Of a DNA stretch of 47,378 nucleotides, positions 1 through 10,449 are shown piece by piece. Made by a program: the position numbers and the translations under genes. The stretch lies in NCBI GenBank assembly GCA_964525635.1, contig CAZGJX010000018.1, positions 1-47,378 of the forward strand, in the 5' to 3' direction. The first letter of the stretch is position 1. Every line of letters starts with the position of its first letter. Below the pieces are notes generated by a model, which worked only from the letters and a program-made list of their open reading frames with translations, was not told the origin of the DNA and did not search any database. This stretch comes from an uncultured archaeon. GTDB taxonomy: Archaea > Asgardarchaeota > Lokiarchaeia > Sigyniarchaeales > SOKP01.

Positions 1-180
1 ATTAATAATTCCTATACTTAACACCCCAATTGAGAAACTAAAAATGGAAACTAGTATATTTATAACTATTGATAATAATAATCCTATAATTCTAAAATTG
101 GCTTCACCTGCTTTCTTACTTATAAAAAAGTAAAATGAAGCAAAAGATATTATTGTAAATACCCATTCTATTGGTTCCAT
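1..180 (-). CDS. partial membrane protein (runs off the window start)
   Basis: ATG at 180 and 60 open codons to position 1 (MEPIEWVFTIISFASFYFF...LSIGIIN), with two hydrophobic stretches. Not in the ORF track. Confidence 0.6.
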   Translation of the reverse strand, partial: MEPIEWVFTIISFASFYFFISKKAGEANFRIIGLLLSIVINILVSIFSFSIGVLSIGIIN

Positions 181-343
181 TTTTTATCTTTATTATTGAT
201 TATTAGTATATATAATTTTTCACGAAATTCGAAATATAGAAAATATCTATAAAAGATAAATCTATTTAATATTTAAATGTTTTCATTAAAATCGAATTAT
301 AAAAAAAATATAAATATCTAAAAAACTTTTTTTTATATGATAA

Positions 344-1417
344 ATGAAAGAAAAAAACGAAAGATTTCTTTTTGAAGGAAGAATTCAGAATTTTGAAAGA
401 AAAATACTTCGATATTATATTGAACAGGCGAATTTTAATGAGCAATCAAAAGTATTAACAAAAATTTTAGCTTATTTAAATATTTATGGAAAATTAACAC
501 AAAAAAAGCTAAAAATTTTGACTCAATTTTCTAGTTCAACTATTTCAACTAGTTTATTTAATTTAATCAATATTGGATATGTAAAGAAAGAAAAAATTCC
601 CAAATCACGTGAATATAATTACTTCTCAGCCTTTCCTACCCAAGAATCAATAGATGAAACCCTTGGAAGAGTGACAATTGAAATTAGGTTTTTTAAAGAG
701 AAAATAAGTGATTTAGAGAAGATTATTACTAAAAATATAAATGGTTATGACCTCCTTCTTAATAGATTAAAGGAAGCTATAGAAATATTTGAATTATATC
801 ATAAAATTCTAGATATTATTCAAGATTTAGGAAGTCCAATAGACATTAATAAGTATAAAATTCCACAAAAAAACATAACTAGAGATGATATAAAAAATAT
901 ATATAGAGAATTTAATCCTAAAATAAAGAAAATAGAGGAAGAAATAATTGATTTTTATCTTTATAAATCAGCTTACTCTACTTTAAATGATTTTTTTTTA
1001 ATTATTTATGTATATTTTATTACAAGAAAAGTTTTAACTCAAGAAAAAATAAGAGAGCTTACAGGTTTATCCTTTGGAAAAGTGTCCCAAGTAATAAATT
1101 CACTTTTAAAAAAGCAACTTATAGAAAAATTAAATAAAAAAGAATATGGAAATTTTATTCCAAAAAATAAAACTCAACAAATTTTTTACTCTATGATTTC
1201 TATTCATAATTCTTTCTTACATTCAGGTTTTAATTCTCTAAAAGAAATTCTGAAATGGGAAGAGGAATTCGGAAAAATTAAATCAGAATTGATTGATAAT
1301 GAAAAAAATCTTAAATTTCTTAATGGTTATGACAAAATATTAAAAGTTGTAAATAAGTATTTAGACTTGTTACCAATATATAAAAAAGCAAATTTAATTT
1401 TCTCAAAACTACTTTAA
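344..1417 (+). CDS. tandem winged-HTH transcriptional regulator (GbsR/MarR-like, internally duplicated)
   Basis: Two similar HTH segments, LTQKKLKILTQFSSSTISTSL and LTQEKIRELTGLSFGKVSQVI, each followed by a helical region ending in NGYD. Confidence 0.7.
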   Translation: MKEKNERFLFEGRIQNFERKILRYYIEQANFNEQSKVLTKILAYLNIYGKLTQKKLKILTQFSSSTISTSLFNLINIGYVKKEKIPKSREYNYFSAFPTQESIDETLGRVTIEIRFFKEKISDLEKIITKNINGYDLLLNRLKEAIEIFELYHKILDIIQDLGSPIDINKYKIPQKNITRDDIKNIYREFNPKIKKIEEEIIDFYLYKSAYSTLNDFFLIIYVYFITRKVLTQEKIRELTGLSFGKVSQVINSLLKKQLIEKLNKKEYGNFIPKNKTQQIFYSMISIHNSFLHSGFNSLKEILKWEEEFGKIKSELIDNEKNLKFLNGYDKILKVVNKYLDLLPIYKKANLIFSKLL

Positions 1418-1595
1418 TATTATTTCCTGTACTTACTTATAATACATCTATATTTATTCTGGTCCCTAAATTATTGTATTCTTTATTTATTTTACAATGA
1501 ATTATCTCATAAAATTTAATTTATAAAAAAAGTAAAGATTCAATTTAAACGAATATTTTAAAATTAGAAAGTTCCCTTTATTATACACTATTTTA

Positions 1596-2216
1596 TTATT
1601 CTCTAATTCCTAATAAATACTTTAATGAAAAAATAACTATATTTGAAAGATATTCGACTAATTTATCATTTTTATCAAATAATTTCATTATAGATAGATG
1701 ATGATAGAGAATTGCATTGATGAGATTATAAATAAAGACGAAAACTTCAATTAATCTTTCCTCAGGGATTTGTCTAAAATTTTCATTTTTTTTTCTTAAT
1801 TTTTGAGCCGTATTTTTAAAAAAAGAATAAATTTTCTTTTTGTGGGATTCGAGTAATATTTTATCAGATTGTATAGCAGATCTAAAAGCTAGATTATATC
1901 CTTTCTTTTCCTCATGATTCTTATATAGTTCTAATATAAAATTATTGAGAAAATCTCCAATATTATTGTTATCAATGTTAAATAAATCCTGTCTGTCTAA
2001 AAAATTTTCCATTGATTCTTTAAAATATTTTCTTATAATATCTTCTTTTCCTTTTGGAAAATATTTATAAATCGTACCTATGCTAATATTAGCTGATTTT
2101 GCAACATGATTTGTACTTGTTTTATGGTATCCTTGTTTTAAGATTAGATCAAAGAATACTTTGTAAATTAGGTCTATTTTTTCTTGTCTATTTCGAGAAA
2201 TTTTTTTACTTGACAT
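1596..2216 (-). CDS. TetR/AcrR family transcriptional regulator
   Basis: N-terminal GYHKTSTNHVAKSANISIGTIYKYFP TetR HTH signature. Confidence 0.9.
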   Translation of the reverse strand: MSSKKISRNRQEKIDLIYKVFFDLILKQGYHKTSTNHVAKSANISIGTIYKYFPKGKEDIIRKYFKESMENFLDRQDLFNIDNNNIGDFLNNFILELYKNHEEKKGYNLAFRSAIQSDKILLESHKKKIYSFFKNTAQKLRKKNENFRQIPEERLIEVFVFIYNLINAILYHHLSIMKLFDKNDKLVEYLSNIVIFSLKYLLGIRE

Positions 2217-2229
2217 TATAGTATTTTAA

Positions 2230-2271
2230 ATGAGCAATTACTCATAAAGTTTATAAATGAGTAATTACTCA
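2230..2271. promoter_or_regulatory. two palindromic operators flanking a symmetric TATA box in a divergent promoter
   Basis: ATGAGCAATTACTCAT (2230-2245, one mismatch) and perfect TGAGTAATTACTCA (2258-2271) flank TTTATAAA (2250-2257), between the TetR and methyltransferase starts. Confidence 0.75.
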
Positions 2272-2285
2272 CTTACATAAAATAT

Positions 2286-3179
2286 TTGGAGACATATAAG
2301 AAAATGACTCAAGAAGAAATATCAATGTTTTATAGACCTATTAATCAAAATGATATAAATATTATAGAAAAGATTGTATATCCAATTTTTTCCAAAAAAA
2401 GTATAGAAGATAAGCATTATTGGATGGAAATTAGGTCATTATTTAAATCTGCTATGAAAAACGTTAAACTTAATTTTTTTAAAAGAAATATATTTTGGTT
2501 ATATGTAAATAGAATTATAACTAAGGGTCTTAAAAAAGAAAAACCTCTTATTGAAATTGAAAATACATTAAGAAATTTTATCAGAAAACACGCCAATAAT
2601 GATAAAGATAAATATCCAATTTCATTACAACGTGCGAAAACCAATTTTGAAAACATTAAAAATTATATCATAGGAGAGAAGATACTTGATCTCGGTGCAG
2701 GTGATGGCCTCTTAGCCCAAGAAATAAAAGATCAACTTGGTAAAGAAGTAATTCTTGTTGATATAATAGATTATAATTACACAAATTTACCATTAATCTT
2801 ATATGATTCAGAAAAAAGTATTCCATTAGCAGATGATGAAGTAGATACCACAATTCTCTATACAGTGCTACATCATTCGAGTGACCCTAAGCATCTATTA
2901 AAGGAAGCAACGAGAATAACAAAACAACGTTTAATAATCAAAGAAGCTTATATTGATAATGATGATATCAGAATAACTAATAGCTTTTTTGATTGGTTTT
3001 ACAATCGAGTAATTGGAGATGAAGATATAAATGTACCACTCAATTATCTTAAGATTGAAAAGTGGAAAATACTTCTGAAATCATATGGTTTTGATACAAT
3101 TGAAACTAGATATGTTGGAATTGATGAACCTATTATTCCAGAGTATCAAGTATTAATTATTGCAAATAATATAAATTAA
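2286..3179 (+). CDS. class I SAM-dependent methyltransferase
   Basis: Motif I ILDLGAGDG, then LVDI, LPL..DEVD and VLHH. TTG start; a downstream ATG is also possible. Confidence 0.85.
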   Translation: METYKKMTQEEISMFYRPINQNDINIIEKIVYPIFSKKSIEDKHYWMEIRSLFKSAMKNVKLNFFKRNIFWLYVNRIITKGLKKEKPLIEIENTLRNFIRKHANNDKDKYPISLQRAKTNFENIKNYIIGEKILDLGAGDGLLAQEIKDQLGKEVILVDIIDYNYTNLPLILYDSEKSIPLADDEVDTTILYTVLHHSSDPKHLLKEATRITKQRLIIKEAYIDNDDIRITNSFFDWFYNRVIGDEDINVPLNYLKIEKWKILLKSYGFDTIETRYVGIDEPIIPEYQVLIIANNIN

Positions 3180-3673
3180 TCAATTAAAATGTAAGAATAA
3201 AAGAATTTATTATTCTAAAAAATCATCAAATTTTATATAACAAATTAAGAAAGGAAAAATAATGAAGTTTCACATTATATTTATAAAAAACATTTTGAAA
3301 AAATTAATTTGTTAGATTATCTCTAAAAATATAAAATCTGTCTCTTTATCAATTTTCAATTTATTTATTATGATTTCTATTATGATATTTTCATTGTTTA
3401 AAATCATTTATGGTATTAATATGTCAAATATAATTCGGATTGCTTTAGGTTCACATATTGCATCAGTTGGGGAGATAGTTGAAGGATTAGATAAAATCTT
3501 CTAATTTATATTTCACGATGATTTCTATGATTTTTTTTTTCATTCATTTTACTTATTAATAAAAAGAATCTATTTAGAGAAAATTTTCATATATTTTTCT
3601 TCTTTAATTGAACCTTTTTTTTCTAAAAGTAGTTAAAATAATGGTTAATCTTTGAGTGATTAGAATGAAAGAT

Positions 3674-4249
3674 TTATTTTTCTTTTCTAAGTTTAAACTC
3701 TAAATGAATAATTCCGGGAGTTATTTCTTCGATATTAGTCATAAAATCAAGATTAAAATGTTGACTTAATAGATATTTATAGAAACTGGTAAAAAAATCC
3801 GAAAATTTTTCTTGTAAATCATGTATTCCTCTAAAAATTAATTTAGAGTCTATAATTTCAATATCCAAAATATTAAACCACTTAAGACCTCTTTTTCCAA
3901 AAAAGTTTATGGAGAACTGAGCATATTGTTGTAAAGTATCAGAGGTCATAGGTTTTGCCACTAAAAATCTTAAAATATCTGCAGTAAGATCACCTACTTC
4001 TATTGCTAATTTATTTATATTATCATTATCTATGAAAGAAAGGAGATTTATAAAGAGGGTTTTTGAAATAAATAACATATTATTATTTTGGTTATATAAT
4101 TGTAAATCAACCCATTCTTGTAGCCCTTCCTTAGCTATTAAATTACGACTTTTTCTTTCTTGTTTAGCAATTGTATCTAAATTTTTAAGGCCATCTTCAG
4201 GAAGGCGAAAGCCAATATAATTATATTCTTTGGTTTTTTTTGGACTCAT
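3674..4249 (-). CDS. ribbon-helix-helix (CopG-like) domain protein, paralog 1
   Basis: N-terminal YIGFRLPEDGLKNLDTIAKQERKSRNLIAKEGL RHH pattern; very similar to 5938-6531. Confidence 0.65.
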   Translation of the reverse strand: MSPKKTKEYNYIGFRLPEDGLKNLDTIAKQERKSRNLIAKEGLQEWVDLQLYNQNNNMLFISKTLFINLLSFIDNDNINKLAIEVGDLTADILRFLVAKPMTSDTLQQYAQFSINFFGKRGLKWFNILDIEIIDSKLIFRGIHDLQEKFSDFFTSFYKYLLSQHFNLDFMTNIEEITPGIIHLEFKLRKEK

Positions 4250-4568
4250 TTTTTGCTAAGAAAAAAATTTTTCTTTATTTAATAAGTAATCTTATCTCTT
4301 AAAAAAGTAGTTATTTATTTTATTTCTATTAGATTTGGAATATTACTCTTTAAAATGAAAGATTAAGGATCATTTAATTTATTAAAAAAAAATCTTTCAT
4401 TTAATGTTATCTTTGTATCTATTACTTTATTCCTCTTTTTTAAGAAAAAAATTTGCTATTCTTATTTATTTTAATGCAGAATATATTATTTGAGAGCTAA
4501 GTTAAAATGATAAAATAGATTAAATTATAATTTATTACCAATTAATTACGAGAAGACCACTTCCTCTA

Positions 4569-5881
4569 CAGTAGTTCGTAATTTTATAATCTTACATTTC
4601 TATCACCTTTTCCTTTTTAAAATGTTATCAAGAGAAAATATTGAGTAATAATTTGAGTCTTAGGGTTCTGGATTGCATGAAGGTCACTCCAAATGCACCA
4701 TTCATGAATTCAAGCAATCTTTCTTGATATCTGAATACCTGCCAAATATTCCAAAGATATATAGCAATAAGAAAAAGAAATAGGCGCGTGCTTAAATTTA
4801 CAGAACAGGTTCGAGGTTGAAATAGATGCTTATCTCTATATCCCGTCTCTATGTTAAATCTAAGCTTGTAAAGCTTATCTGTCTGCTTGGGAGTGATGTC
4901 TAGGAAGGGAGTTTTCATGAATGCTTTGACTTTACCATTTAAAAGCTGTGGTGTCACCTCAATTGGAACGGTGAGCTTTCTGATCTAAGTATCTCTTAAA
5001 TCTACTTTATGCCATCTTTTCTGCCAATTGCGTGGTTCTATCTTTTCATAAAGAGCAAGTGAAGTTTTAACCCGTTGAGTCATGATTCTTCGAGCAATAC
5101 ATGGAACATTCATCTCTGTCAGCTTGCGTAAAACGCGTACTGTTGGGAACTCACCATCCATTATTATAAGATTTGGTTTTAAGAGGTGTGATACTCTTTC
5201 ATAGAGTTGAAGAAAGAGATCGTAGATCTTTGCACCAGGAGGACGATGGATGACCGCTATAGTAAAATTAAATTTATCAAGATGGATATCAGCAGTGAGA
5301 AAGGTATACCCTTTATTAGTACTATGCTTTAATGATCCTTTTTTAATATCTGGATTATCATTATTCCCATAATATGGATCTACATGAAAATCAAGGATGA
5401 ATATTCCTTTTTTCTCTATATCATTCCTAAGTTTATTTGAAAGATTGTTATAAGAAGATTTTAATAAGTTATTAATAAAATCCTCCATGATCGTCGGAGA
5501 TAGATCCCTTAAGCATTTGAGAATGAGTTCAGACGAAGTATACCCTGTTCTACATTCTCTTAGAAATCGTGTTGCACCTGAGATTGACCAACCATAAGTG
5601 GCTGCTAACTCAATAGGTGAAATAAAGCTACTTGGCATGTATCGCGGAGTATTGAATCCAGGAAATGCATGTGCAGGATGCAAGTCCTGCCATGAATGCC
5701 GAAAGTTTAAAAAAGAAAGTGATTTTCTTATACTTAAGAAAACCTTCCGTTTTTTCTGATTTTGAATGGTCATGAAAAAACGAATGTTTTCTTCTATTTC
5801 AAGCTTTGGTTACCGTCTATCATTTTGCAATTTCAACTAAATCAAAAATTTGGATATACCTTTATTTTTTACGAAGTACTG
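4569..5881 (-). mobile_element. ISH3-family (IS4-like) insertion sequence
   Basis: 13-bp terminal inverted repeats: CAGTAGTTCGTAA (4569-4581) and 5869-5881, whose reverse complement is CAGTACTTCGTAA. CAGTA ends are typical of the ISH3 family. Probable 4-bp target duplication TCTA/TTTA. Visibly higher GC than the flanks. Confidence 0.85.
4628..5773 (-). pseudogene. DDE transposase interrupted by one in-frame TAG (381 codons if read through)
   Basis: ORFs 4985-5773 and 4628-4957 share a frame and join as DLRDT*IRKLTVPIEVTPQ. Motifs ILDFHVDPYYG, IIMDGEF and YKLRFNIETGYR. Confidence 0.85.
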
Positions 5882-5937
5882 TTTAGGGAGTGGTAGTTCA
5901 ATTAATTCTCATAGTGGTTTAATTTATTGCTGAAAAC

Positions 5938-6531
5938 TTATTCAAAATTGCTAAATTTAAAATCTAAATGTATAAAATTTGATGTAATTTCTTCCATTTC
6001 AGAATAAAGATTTATATTGAAATTTTTAGATAATAGATATTTAAAAAAGAAAGCAAAAAAATTAGAAAAGTCTCCTTTTAAATCATGAATCCCCTTAAAT
6101 ACTAATGTACTATTTCTCATTTCAATATTTAAAGAATTGAACCACCTAAGACCTGTTTTTCCAAAAAGGTTTAATACGAACTGAATGTAGATGGGCAATG
6201 TGTCAATATTCATTGGTTTTGCTACTAAAAATCTTAAAATATCTGCCATAATATCACCTAATTCAGTAGCAATATCTTCCTTATTATCTTTATTTATAAA
6301 AGAAAGGAGATGTATAAAAAATGTTTTTGAAACTGAAATGATATTGTTATTTTGATTATATAATTGTAAGTCAATCCATTCTTGTAAGCCTTCTTTGGCG
6401 ATTAAACCACGACTTTTATTTTCCTGTTTAACGATCATATCTAACTTTTTAAGATCATTTTCGGATAGTCTAAATCCAATATAATTTCTTCTATCCAAGT
6501 TCTTTTGATTCATTTTTTTTCTCAGTATCAT
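5938..6531 (-). CDS. ribbon-helix-helix (CopG-like) domain protein, paralog 2
   Basis: YIGFRLSENDLKKLDMIVKQENKSRGLIAKEGLQEW; shares long blocks such as ADILRFLVAKPM with 3674-4249. Confidence 0.65.
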   Translation of the reverse strand: MILRKKMNQKNLDRRNYIGFRLSENDLKKLDMIVKQENKSRGLIAKEGLQEWIDLQLYNQNNNIISVSKTFFIHLLSFINKDNKEDIATELGDIMADILRFLVAKPMNIDTLPIYIQFVLNLFGKTGLRWFNSLNIEMRNSTLVFKGIHDLKGDFSNFFAFFFKYLLSKNFNINLYSEMEEITSNFIHLDFKFSNFE

Positions 6532-6633
6532 ATAATGTTTTCTTTACCTATAAATGTTCGCAATACATTGACTAGTTGTCATTGAAAGCACTTAAATATT
6601 ATGTTTTCTTTTAGATATTAAGGTATATCAAAA

Positions 6634-8202
6634 ATGAAAATTTTATATGTGAATCCAGCTAGACTAAAATCTGGATTGGATGCGATAATAAAAGGCCCTC
6701 CTATGAGCCTTATATCCATTGCTGCTATGGTACCAGAACATGATGCTAAATTATTTGATTTTAAAGTTCATAAATTTAGGGAAAAACAATTTAAACAAGA
6801 ATTAAATCGTTCAGATATAGTCGCTATAACTTCTATGACGCCACAAATATCACATGCACTTGAAGTTGCAGAAATGGCCAAAGAACAAGGATGTACTACT
6901 ATCTTAGGAGGATATCATCCTACTTTAGCTCCTAATTTTGTTGTAAATCATAAATATGTAGACTATACTATTCGAGGTGAAGGTGAACATTCTTTTAAAG
7001 AGATCGTGGATTTTATTGATGGTAATAAGAATCAAATGAATCTTAAAGATATAAAGGGAATCTCGTTTTTAAATTCAGAAAATAAAGTTCATCATAATGC
7101 CGAAAGGCCATTAGAATTAAATTTAGATAATTTTCCATTGCCAAGAAGAGATTTATTAGATGATAAAAGGTATGTCTATTTAGGAGCGATAGTTGCTCAA
7201 CTTGAGACTTCAAGAGGATGCCCACATTTATGTAAATTTTGTTGTATTAGGAAAATGTGGAAAGACCCCTCCCAACATATTGTATATCGTACTAAAAGCA
7301 CGTCTAGAATAATGAGGGAGATATATGATGTCAACCCGAAAAATGATTTTATCTTCTTTTGTGAAGATAATTTTACTATTCAAATAAAACGGACAAAAAA
7401 GATATTAGAAACAATCATAAAATCAGGTATTCAAAATGAATTTCACTTTACTGCTCAATCAAGAATCGATACTTTATATAAAAATCCATGGGTTATTGAT
7501 TTAATGCATAAAGCAGGTATACGTCAATTATTTCTAGGAATAGAATCTGTACATCAACAAAGCCTTGATGCTATGAATAAGAGAAATACAACACCAGAAA
7601 TGACCCAAAAAGTAGTTTCCATGCTTCATGATAGAGGGATCTCTATATTTGGAGGAATAATTATAGGCTTCCCAGGTGAGACCAAAACAATGGTACATCA
7701 AACAATTCAGTTTGCAAGAAGTTTAGATTTAACCTGCATGCAATTTACTCCAATTACAGCATTTCCTGGTACAGAATTTTATCAGGAAATGAAAGATGCT
7801 AAAATGATTACTAGTAAGAATTATAAACATTATGATTTATTTCACCCAATGATGCGAACTCCCGAATTAACCAATATAGAAATGTATCGTTTGGTAGGTG
7901 AAGCTTATGCATCTACTTACCTAGATAGACATTGGTTGAAAACACAAGGAAAGAGATTTTTAAATCCATTTGGAAAATTTAATTGGATGTTTAATAATAT
8001 TTTTAGACTTGCAAAAAATGTAGTTAGGAATGGAGTAGAAATGCTACATTCTCAGGGAATTTCACACAGAGTTATTTCAGAGGAGTTGAAAACCCTCATG
8101 AAAAGGGGTTTACCTCACGATCTTAATTTAGAAAATGTTATTCCTAATAAAGAATCTCTTTTATTATCTCAACCGACAGAAACCTTAATTAAAAATATAT
8201 AA
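6634..8202 (+). CDS. B12-binding radical SAM protein
   Basis: ETSRGCPHLCKFC (CxxxCxxC); N-terminal cobalamin-binding domain motifs GGYHPT and RGEGE; GIES. Confidence 0.9.
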   Translation: MKILYVNPARLKSGLDAIIKGPPMSLISIAAMVPEHDAKLFDFKVHKFREKQFKQELNRSDIVAITSMTPQISHALEVAEMAKEQGCTTILGGYHPTLAPNFVVNHKYVDYTIRGEGEHSFKEIVDFIDGNKNQMNLKDIKGISFLNSENKVHHNAERPLELNLDNFPLPRRDLLDDKRYVYLGAIVAQLETSRGCPHLCKFCCIRKMWKDPSQHIVYRTKSTSRIMREIYDVNPKNDFIFFCEDNFTIQIKRTKKILETIIKSGIQNEFHFTAQSRIDTLYKNPWVIDLMHKAGIRQLFLGIESVHQQSLDAMNKRNTTPEMTQKVVSMLHDRGISIFGGIIIGFPGETKTMVHQTIQFARSLDLTCMQFTPITAFPGTEFYQEMKDAKMITSKNYKHYDLFHPMMRTPELTNIEMYRLVGEAYASTYLDRHWLKTQGKRFLNPFGKFNWMFNNIFRLAKNVVRNGVEMLHSQGISHRVISEELKTLMKRGLPHDLNLENVIPNKESLLLSQPTETLIKNI

Positions 8203-8329
8203 TTTCTTTTATAAACTTCTTTCTTTAATTTTTTAGATACAATAGATTAGAATAACTAATAATTCTTGAAATATCTACAAGATAAATTAATTAAAGATGT
8301 CTTTTTTTATTCTTAAATGAAATTAATAG

Positions 8330-8947
8330 GTGGACAAAATGAACTTACTTCAAAATTTATCAAGGGATAATCAAGGTGAATTTAAATGGATAATCAAACC
8401 AATTAATTGGAATTTTTTTTCTGAAGGCGTTATAGAAATATTTGCTTCAGATAATACAGACTTTTTTCAAGACCCTAGCACAAATAATGGAATTTCGACG
8501 GCTCCTTTATTTTATAAATATGTAAATGGTGATTTTATAGCAAGGGTGAGAGTTAAACCTCAATATTCTTCAATATATAATGGTGAAGGTTTAATGATCT
8601 ATAATAATGAAAAATCTTGGATAAAATTATGTTATGAAAACACAGATTTGGAGATTCCTACAATTGTAAGTGTAGCTACTAATGATGTATCTGATGATGC
8701 TAATGGTATAGAATTAGATATGGAATATATATATTTAAAAATTATTCGAAAAAATGATTCTTTTTATCTTTTTTATTCAAATAATATAGATAATTGGCAT
8801 ATGGTCCGGTTTTTTCGATTAAAACTACCCAATAATATAAAAGTGGGATTAGAGGCGCAATCTCCAATAGGTAAGGGCGCAATGGTAAAATTTACTAATT
8901 TTTTAATTGAAAATAAAACTGTTGATAATCTTCGTAAAGGGGATTAA
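8330..8947 (+). CDS. DUF1349 (Ree1-like) beta-sandwich protein
   Basis: TDFFQDP, GLMIY, WIKLCYE, SVATNDVSDDAN and AQSPIG motifs. Confidence 0.75.
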   Translation: MDKMNLLQNLSRDNQGEFKWIIKPINWNFFSEGVIEIFASDNTDFFQDPSTNNGISTAPLFYKYVNGDFIARVRVKPQYSSIYNGEGLMIYNNEKSWIKLCYENTDLEIPTIVSVATNDVSDDANGIELDMEYIYLKIIRKNDSFYLFYSNNIDNWHMVRFFRLKLPNNIKVGLEAQSPIGKGAMVKFTNFLIENKTVDNLRKGD

Positions 8948-9053
8948 AAAGATTGTAAAATCTTAAAATAAAGGAGGATGTAAAATAACAAATCTTTATT
9001 ATTACATAGATGATTCTAAAATGAGGTAAATATCTTAAAAAAGGAAATAATTA

Positions 9054-9560
9054 CTATCCTAAATCCATTTCAATATGACATATTTCTGCTGTTTGTAATC
9101 GTTTTTTAGTAATAGTTGGATCAATTCCCCTTATATAGGAAATCGCACCTGTTAATATTCCTCCTACTGGGCAAGCAGTATTTCCTTCTAGATCATAACC
9201 CCCAATACGTTTTGGACAGATCATACATTTTTGAACGACAATTTTAATATCTTTTCCCTCTATATCTAAGTCTAATTCTTTTGCTAAGTTAATTGTATTC
9301 ATTAGTTCATTAATTATTTTTCTATCAGAATCATTAATCCTAACAACTTTATTATCTAACATTTCTTTCATGATTTCCCTTCCAATCCAAATGCTTAGAA
9401 CATCCATTGCATCTTGTGTATCAATACCCATGTCGAGATTTAGTAAAATATCTTTAGTTTTTATCAATCCATATCCTAAACCAATCATCATTTTATTGAG
9501 AATATTTTTTTCTGATGTAAATTTATTTTTATTAAAGAATTTCATTTCATAATTCACCAA
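9054..9560 (-). CDS. V4R/methanogen-output-domain-like cysteine-containing protein
   Basis: Helical N-half with IGREI; CMICP...ACPVGGILTGAI...CHI metal-ligand pattern. Overlaps the upstream gene. Confidence 0.45.
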   Translation of the reverse strand: MVNYEMKFFNKNKFTSEKNILNKMMIGLGYGLIKTKDILLNLDMGIDTQDAMDVLSIWIGREIMKEMLDNKVVRINDSDRKIINELMNTINLAKELDLDIEGKDIKIVVQKCMICPKRIGGYDLEGNTACPVGGILTGAISYIRGIDPTITKKRLQTAEICHIEMDLG

Positions 9561-10125
9561 TTATTTCTTTCTTAATAAATCCCTTTTTCACATATTTATC
9601 TAAAATATCTATTACTTTTTCTGAATTAACCTTCTTATTTAACGCTTTTTCTAAGATAGGTAATCTATTTAATATTCTATTTAAACTAACCTCTACCTCT
9701 TTTGAAACAAACATTATAATAAATTTTTCTCTTATATCTGGTATTTTCTGACTTTTAATGAACTCAGGACCTAAATTGTAAGAATAAATAATTTTTTCTT
9801 CTCTTGGTAAATTATTAATTTCCTCTTCACTGAGAATTTTGGAAGTTATGTTATTTTTGCTATCTTCATTATAATCAATATTTTCCTTTTTTTCCATTTT
9901 TACTAAATTAGGCACAATATGGATTCCTCTAACTTTAAAATATTTATCAATATGTACAAGTAAAGAACTTTCACAGTGTTCAATTATAACTGGTACAGGA
10001 TCTTGCTTAGTTTTCTCAATAATTTCCTTTTTCACATTAAAAGTGATGGTTTTTTTACATACAGGACATCTTGCTAAAACGGTTTTAAGCGTATCTAATT
10101 CTTCTTCAAATATATTTCCATCCAT
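9547..10125 (-). CDS. Zn-binding N-terminal domain protein with possible C-terminal winged helix
   Basis: CPVC...EHC...VHIDKYFKVRG; C-terminal VIDILDKYVKKGFI. Confidence 0.5.
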   Translation of the reverse strand: MDGNIFEEELDTLKTVLARCPVCKKTITFNVKKEIIEKTKQDPVPVIIEHCESSLLVHIDKYFKVRGIHIVPNLVKMEKKENIDYNEDSKNNITSKILSEEEINNLPREEKIIYSYNLGPEFIKSQKIPDIREKFIIMFVSKEVEVSLNRILNRLPILEKALNKKVNSEKVIDILDKYVKKGFIKKEIIGEL

Positions 10126-10449
10126 AGGTTATCAATTCATTTTTTTTTAAAATAAATATTTTCACTTAAGAAAATATAGGACTTTTTTGAAAATATAATT
10201 AATTATTCTGTATTTAAATATTATTTAAAGATTATATAGAATGTGTTAACCGCAATTTCATAATATAAAAAAATACAAATAAATATGAGAAACGGAAGTA
10301 TAAAATATTGATACCTAATCTCAATTATTTTTAATGTAGTCGTTATTTAGTTTTGGGTTGGGTAAAAATAGATGTATTTTTCTTAAAGTTTAAATTTATC
10401 ATGCTTTATTATAATAATAAAGATATTAAAATAAAAATCTAAGATTGTT

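Noticed and set aside
3370-3504. 44-codon ORF (MISIMIF...IRIALGSHIASVGEIVEGLDKIF)
   Set aside because: Too short and unrecognisable; at most a gene remnant.
4985-4987. Genome-wide reassignment of TAG
   Set aside because: TAG ends several apparently complete genes here (stops at 9054, 24845, 32399, 38458 and 46034), so at most conditional read-through is possible.
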